DNA of 64,000 nucleotides from Legionella genomosp. 1 (GTDB lineage Bacteria; Pseudomonadota; Gammaproteobacteria; Legionellales; Legionellaceae): NCBI GenBank assembly GCA_945878975.1, contig CAMCUM010000007.1, positions 3,063 to 67,062 of the forward strand, read 5' to 3'. Shown piece by piece: positions 58,782 to 64,000 of this stretch (position 1 is its first letter; each line of letters starts with the position of its first letter). The notes under the pieces were generated by a model. It saw only the letters and a program-made list of their open reading frames with translations, ran no database searches and was not told where the DNA came from. The position numbers and the translations under genes were made by a program.

Positions 58782-61700
58782 GATGGATCTCTATCTGGCA
58801 ATTTAGCAAATTTTTGCCGCACAATGACATTCTTTTCCTCAATCCAGTGATACAATGCGGGAAGTAATAACAAAGTCAGGGCTGTCGCAGAAATCAAGCC
58901 TCCTACAATAACCGTTGCCAAAGGTCGTTGCACATCCGAGCCCAAACCATGCTTCATTGCCGCAGGAATCATCCCTATCGCTGCCACCGTCGCGGTCATC
59001 AAGACAGGCCGCAACCGTTCTTGAGCCCCCCCGATAATGCTATCTTTCAACGGAGCAGGATTTTTCTTGCGTTGCCATCGATTTAAATTTGCGATCATAA
59101 TAATCGCATTTAAAATCACTACTCCAAATAACGCTATGAATCCCACGGCACTCGACACATTCAAAGTCATACCACGCATGAGTAACGCACACAAGCCACC
59201 AAACATGGCCAAAGGCACGGTCAACAATATCAATCCAGGTTGACGAAAATTACCAAATTGCGCAAACAATAAGATAAACATAAGACCCAATAACAGAGGA
59301 ATAATCACTCTAAACCTCGCTTGTGCGCGCTGTTGATTTTCTAGTTGCCCACCCATGATGACTTGATATTCCGTGTGATTATAAGGCACTTTTTCGGCAA
59401 TTTGTTGTTTAGCATCCTGAGTAAAAGACAGCAGATCACGTTCGCGCAAATTCAGACGTACAATCAATTGCCGGCGCATCATTTCATGCGTAACGGTCGT
59501 TTGCCCCGAGTCATAATATATTTTTGCTAATTTTGACAAGGACACCAACGCACCCGTAGAACTGGATAACAATAAGCGCCCTATTTCCTCTGGACTAGAC
59601 CGAAACGCTTTCGCAAAACGCACTGTCAAATCATAAAAACGCTCTTGGATATAAATTTGTGAAATCGCTTCTCCCCCAATACCGGTTTGAATCAAGTCCA
59701 TCACATCTGAAATATTAATTCCCAATCTAGCAATAGCATGCCGATTCACTTCCACTCGTAGCTCTGTCATAGGCGGTTCTTGATCGATGATCACATCTTG
59801 GGCTCCGCGGATTTGTTTTAATACTTGTACAATACTCGTAGCAATTTTGCGCATTTCCACCATGTCGTCGCCGTAAATCTTTACCACCAAATCACTGTGC
59901 GCGCCAGCAACTTTGTCCAAAACGCCATCAATCATCGGCTGCGTAAAGGCCACATGTGTCCCTGCCAATTTACGATAGCGTTCGGCCAAAATAGCAATCA
60001 ACTTTTGTTTATTCATGCCAGCAGGCCATGCTGCATAGGGAAGTAAGGTCACTGCACACTCAATATGCGCGGGCGTAAAAGGGTCGGTTCCATCATCATT
60101 ACGCCCAAGTTGCGACACAATATGAGTGACTTCTGGCGACTTCAGCGTTGCAGCACGTAAATCATCCGCCATGGCACTCGCTTTATCCAAAGAAATCCCT
60201 GGCGGCAAGGTGACCTGCAACCATAAGGAGCCTTCATCCAAATAGGGTAAGAAATCTCGACCAATATAAGATCCTAAGATCCCCACTAATACTAATGTTG
60301 AGAAATACAAGACGAACACCAATTTGGTTCTACCCATCAAATACTCTAAAGCCGCTCCATAACGGGGTTTTAACCAAACAAGAAAAGGATTCACATAAAT
60401 ACGCACAGGATTATGGTATGCTCGGAATGCCAAACCTGGTAACAAAAACAGTGCTGCCAGCAAAGCACCTAACAAAGCAAACCCCACCGCAAAGGCCATG
60501 GGTGCGAACAATTTATACTCAATATCCTGAAAAGAAAATAAAACAGAATAAGCAGTAATAATCACCAAAATACCAAAAAATATAGGTTGCGTGACTTGTA
60601 ATGTGGCAGTGAGTACTTCTGACTCCAGCATGGTAGCTTGTTTTTTTTCTTCGCGTCGGCGTAAAATATTTTCCGTAACCACAATGGCACCATCCACAAT
60701 AATCCCAAAATCGATGGCGCCCAAAGATAAGAGATTGGCTGGGATATCAAAATTGTACATACATATAAATGCCGTGACCAAAGCGATAGGAATGGTAATC
60801 GCTACAATCAACGCCGCTCGAACACTCCCTAAGAAAAACAACAATACCAAGGTCACCAACCCCATCCCATAGAGCAACGTATCACCAACCGTATGCACGG
60901 TCGCATGGACCAGTTCTGAGCGGTCAATATAAGGAACAATTTTGACGCCGTTGGGTAAAATATTATGATTTAAATCATCCACTGCAGCATGGATCCCTCG
61001 AATCACTTGAGAAGGATTTTCTCCTTTCAGCATTTGCACAATCCCTTCAATAACATCGGGCTGCGCATCTTTTCCGACGATGCCTCGGCGTTGCTTATGA
61101 CCCAAGCGCACAACACCCAAATCTTTCACATAAACCGGAATTCCACCCACTTGCATCACCATAATATTGCCAAAATCTTTCAAATTATGGACCAATCCTA
61201 CACCCCGAATCACAATACCCTGTTCTCCACGGGTTAAAATAGAACCACCCGCATTTGCATTATTCGCAATAATAGCGGCCTTGATAGTTGCTAAAGATAC
61301 ATGATATTTACTGAGTTTTAAGGGATCGAGTTCTAACAAAAACTGAGTGGTCATCCCTCCAAAATTAGTAATATCCACCACCCCCGGCACTTGCTTTAAA
61401 CGTGGAATGACCTTCCAAAACTGAAGTTCTGATAATTCACGCGTATTATAAATTTCAGAATTCAACGTATAGCGATAAATTTCCCCAATAGGTGATGTCA
61501 AAGGATCTAAACCGGGACTTGCATTATAAGGCAAAGACACTTGAGCGATTTTTTCTAATAAACGCTCACGCGACCAATAGTTATCGGTCCCTTCCCGGAA
61601 CACTACCGTTATCAAAGATAATCCAAATGTAGAGCGCGAGCGAATCACCGTCACGCCTGGCGTTGCTAACAAGGCTCGCTCTAAAGGAATGGTAATTTGT

Positions 61701-61888
61701 TGTTCAACTTCTGCAGCAGCTAAACCATTCACTTGCGTAATCACTTGTGACGTAACGGGTGCAATATCAGGATAGGCTTCCAGCGGAATTTTGGTCCAAC
61801 AATACCACCCATAGACCAATAGCAATGCGAATACCAACAGCATAACGCCGCGCCGTTTAAAACATTGCGTGACAAACTGTTCAATCAT
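58778..61888 (-). CDS. RND efflux permease, CusA/CzcA (heavy-metal efflux) family
   Basis: 1,036 aa with the N-terminus IEQFV...KIPLEAYPDIAPVTSQVITQ typical of CzcA-like pumps and a 12-TM layout. Confidence 0.9.
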   Translation of the reverse strand: MIEQFVTQCFKRRGVMLLVFALLLVYGWYCWTKIPLEAYPDIAPVTSQVITQVNGLAAAEVEQQITIPLERALLATPGVTVIRSRSTFGLSLITVVFREGTDNYWSRERLLEKIAQVSLPYNASPGLDPLTSPIGEIYRYTLNSEIYNTRELSELQFWKVIPRLKQVPGVVDITNFGGMTTQFLLELDPLKLSKYHVSLATIKAAIIANNANAGGSILTRGEQGIVIRGVGLVHNLKDFGNIMVMQVGGIPVYVKDLGVVRLGHKQRRGIVGKDAQPDVIEGIVQMLKGENPSQVIRGIHAAVDDLNHNILPNGVKIVPYIDRSELVHATVHTVGDTLLYGMGLVTLVLLFFLGSVRAALIVAITIPIALVTAFICMYNFDIPANLLSLGAIDFGIIVDGAIVVTENILRRREEKKQATMLESEVLTATLQVTQPIFFGILVIITAYSVLFSFQDIEYKLFAPMAFAVGFALLGALLAALFLLPGLAFRAYHNPVRIYVNPFLVWLKPRYGAALEYLMGRTKLVFVLYFSTLVLVGILGSYIGRDFLPYLDEGSLWLQVTLPPGISLDKASAMADDLRAATLKSPEVTHIVSQLGRNDDGTDPFTPAHIECAVTLLPYAAWPAGMNKQKLIAILAERYRKLAGTHVAFTQPMIDGVLDKVAGAHSDLVVKIYGDDMVEMRKIATSIVQVLKQIRGAQDVIIDQEPPMTELRVEVNRHAIARLGINISDVMDLIQTGIGGEAISQIYIQERFYDLTVRFAKAFRSSPEEIGRLLLSSSTGALVSLSKLAKIYYDSGQTTVTHEMMRRQLIVRLNLRERDLLSFTQDAKQQIAEKVPYNHTEYQVIMGGQLENQQRAQARFRVIIPLLLGLMFILLFAQFGNFRQPGLILLTVPLAMFGGLCALLMRGMTLNVSSAVGFIALFGVVILNAIIMIANLNRWQRKKNPAPLKDSIIGGAQERLRPVLMTATVAAIGMIPAAMKHGLGSDVQRPLATVIVGGLISATALTLLLLPALYHWIEEKNVIVRQKFAKLPDRDPS

Positions 61889-63044
61889 TGAGAATAATTC
61901 CTCCAGTCATAGCAACGCGTTCTTGATCAGCTAAACCAGATTCAATTTCGATATTATCATTCAATTGCAAACCCACATTCACAATACGTGGTTCAAACTG
62001 CCAAGGCGCTACTTCCACAAACACAATGCTATCAAATCCACGTTGAACGACAGCCGTCATCGGTAATACAATACGCTGGCGTCCACGTCTGTGAAATTTC
62101 AATTGTGCAAACATATTGGGTCGCATTTCGTTATTGGGATTATCAACAGCCAACCCGACACTCACTGTGCGAGTATTCGGATCGAGGATGGGATTGATAA
62201 AATCTACATTCGAAACAAACGCTTTATTCAAACGTTCAAACACCACTTGTACTTCTTGCCCTAAGAAAAAATCTGGTAAATCATGCTCTTGTGCACTCGC
62301 TACGAGGTAGATCCGCGATAAATCCGCAATCGTCATGACCGGCTGCGTCAGATCCGACCAATAACTCCCGACGCCACCACTGACTGCTGTCACCACACCA
62401 TTAATAGGCGAACGAATCATCAAATGACCTTGCGTATCTTGATCGTCATCATTAATATGCAAAGCTTTCAAACGCGCCACACAACGGTACAATTCCGCTG
62501 CAGCCTGAATCATCCCGCTTTCAGCTTGTTCTAAATCACGCACCGAATTGATTTGATAATGGGCTAATTCACGCTGACGCTTTAAATGTTTTTTAGCAAG
62601 ATCGTAAGTGGCTTCTGCCGTCGTTCGTTCAGAAATAGCTTGCGCTAAATCAGGAGAAACCAAAGCGTATAAAGGCTCGCCCACCTTCACAGTCTGACCT
62701 AAGGTTTTAAATATTTTGGCAATTTGCCCACTGAGCGGTGGAAAGACCGCAACTGTTTTAGCGGGAATAGAGATAACCGTTGCTGGCACAACCACGGTAG
62801 AAACCACTGCTTGGGGATGCACTGCCTCAACATGCACGACGGAGCGCAAGGCAGAGTTTTCAGGAACAATCAAGCGCGGACCTTGATAAATAATCGGGGC
62901 CACAGCAACCTTAAACGGTTTGGGACTTCTGGCACAATGCACGACCAGGCTCAGTAACGTGACACCCACGACCATCCACAACGCCCATTGATACCGCCAT
63001 GCTCTGATATACTGCCACCACAATACCAACATCCTTTTGACCAT
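61881..63044 (-). CDS. Efflux RND periplasmic adaptor (membrane fusion protein)
   Basis: N-terminal TM segment, lipoyl/hairpin/beta-barrel order, and an 8-nt overlap with the RND gene. Confidence 0.85.
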   Translation of the reverse strand: MVKRMLVLWWQYIRAWRYQWALWMVVGVTLLSLVVHCARSPKPFKVAVAPIIYQGPRLIVPENSALRSVVHVEAVHPQAVVSTVVVPATVISIPAKTVAVFPPLSGQIAKIFKTLGQTVKVGEPLYALVSPDLAQAISERTTAEATYDLAKKHLKRQRELAHYQINSVRDLEQAESGMIQAAAELYRCVARLKALHINDDDQDTQGHLMIRSPINGVVTAVSGGVGSYWSDLTQPVMTIADLSRIYLVASAQEHDLPDFFLGQEVQVVFERLNKAFVSNVDFINPILDPNTRTVSVGLAVDNPNNEMRPNMFAQLKFHRRGRQRIVLPMTAVVQRGFDSIVFVEVAPWQFEPRIVNVGLQLNDNIEIESGLADQERVAMTGGIILND

Positions 63045-63171
63045 TGTCGGTTCTCATCATATCTTAGGCAAGATTCATGGTAGCAAGTTTCATTCTGAAC
63101 GACAAATGTTCGATGCAGGGATTTCCTATCCGAGGCCAAGAGCATGAATATTTATAAAGCACCCTAATCAC

Positions 63172-63212
63172 CGACGTCCCACGCTTTATGGGGCTGGATC
63201 CAGAGATCTTGC
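63172..63212. repeat. Partial family A repeat
   Basis: GACGTCCCACGCTTTATGGGGCTGGATCCAGAGATCTTGC resembles 53582-53620. Confidence 0.7.
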
Positions 63213-63215
63213 TAA

Positions 63216-63977
63216 ATGATCGGTTTGCAAAAACAGATAGGAAGGCTTATGCTGAAAATGATGAATCATAAACATAGCACCCGCTTTCGCTGGGTTATCG
63301 TCGCTTTGCTGTTTTTTATCACGATCATCAATTATGTTGATCGCTCGTCCATTGCCTACGCCCTCGATAATATCGCGCAAGAATTTCATCTTTCTCATGA
63401 ACAATGCGGATTTATCTTGGGTTCTTTTGGGATTGGGTATTTTTTAACTACTTTTTTAGGGGGCATTGCGGCCGATCATTACGGCGCACACAAGACCCTG
63501 ACCGACGCAACCATTTTGTGGGGTGTTGCAACACTATTAACTGGATTTGCTAGTAGTTTTTATATCGTTTTTATCGCAAGAATTCTATTAGGCGTTGCAG
63601 AAGGCCCCAGCTTCCCATGTTTGGCCAAAGCAACCAGTGATTGGTTACCCGAACAAGAACGCAATCGTGCATTATCCGCTTCATTAATCGCCGTACCTTT
63701 GGCATTAGCCTTCGGTGGATTGATTTCCTCGCATTTAATTCTATTGTTTAACTGGCGCGGGATGTACTTTGTCCTCACGGTTGCAACATTGGTTTGGATT
63801 CCAATCTGGTGGATTATTTTTCGCGACAAACCCAGCGCTTCCAAACATGTGAACGCACAAGAGCGCCAATACATTCAACAAGCCCCCAAAATAAAATCTC
63901 ACATCACGCACGCCACACATCCTTGGCGTATCCTGCTGCGGAATAAAACATTAGTCAGTAACAATTACCTAACGTAA
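63216..63977 (+). CDS. MFS transporter (anion:cation symporter-like), apparently truncated after about 6 TM segments
   Basis: FRWVIVALLFFITIINYVDRSSIAYAL and the LGVAEGPSFP motif are typical of MFS/ACS transporters. The likely start is 63249. The ORF stops at 253 aa, where a full MFS protein would continue. Confidence 0.7.
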   Translation: MIGLQKQIGRLMLKMMNHKHSTRFRWVIVALLFFITIINYVDRSSIAYALDNIAQEFHLSHEQCGFILGSFGIGYFLTTFLGGIAADHYGAHKTLTDATILWGVATLLTGFASSFYIVFIARILLGVAEGPSFPCLAKATSDWLPEQERNRALSASLIAVPLALAFGGLISSHLILLFNWRGMYFVLTVATLVWIPIWWIIFRDKPSASKHVNAQERQYIQQAPKIKSHITHATHPWRILLRNKTLVSNNYLT

Positions 63978-64000
63978 TCGCCGAAAGGACATTAAATTTT

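Overview
The gene content suggests a chromosome of an intracellular, Legionellales-type (Legionella/Coxiella-like) gammaproteobacterium. This is an inference only; no database search was possible. Nearly all genes lie on the minus strand.

Housekeeping blocks:
- A contiguous 12-kb aromatic supraoperon: trpE-G-D-CF-B-A, DAHP synthase, aroA-K-C-B, then aroD.
- An APC amino-acid permease, era-recO, a type IV pilin, and an adk-thioredoxin fusion.
- clpS-clpA, mreBCD-icd, and prpBCD-ppsR.
- A CzcA/CusA-type RND efflux triplet and an MFS transporter.

Accessory genes interspersed among these look like eukaryote-like or effector-like proteins:
- A Rab-like small GTPase with a C-terminal membrane anchor.
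- An HCX5R phosphatase with weak ankyrin-like repeats.
- A collagen-like Gly-X-Y protein.
- Coiled-coil proteins with hydrophobic hairpins.
- A 552-aa protein with a possible deaminase-type HAE...CxxC signature.
- A 3,105-codon ORF that embeds a complete SecA-like ATPase motor, followed by a 767-aa coiled-coil protein. I consider this locus the most novel item in the window.

The window also holds a RES/Xre (DUF2384) toxin-antitoxin pair, a DUF559 endonuclease cassette with 59-bp terminal inverted repeats, and a frameshifted outer-membrane beta-barrel pseudogene.

At least seven families of short palindromic REP/MITE/RPE-like repeats are present. They fill almost every non-overlapping gene junction. 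In several places they contribute coding sequence: the TrpC-TrpF linker, the TrpB C-terminus and stop codon, and the 5' end of the giant ORF.

I found no rRNA, tRNA, CRISPR array, transposase or integrase.
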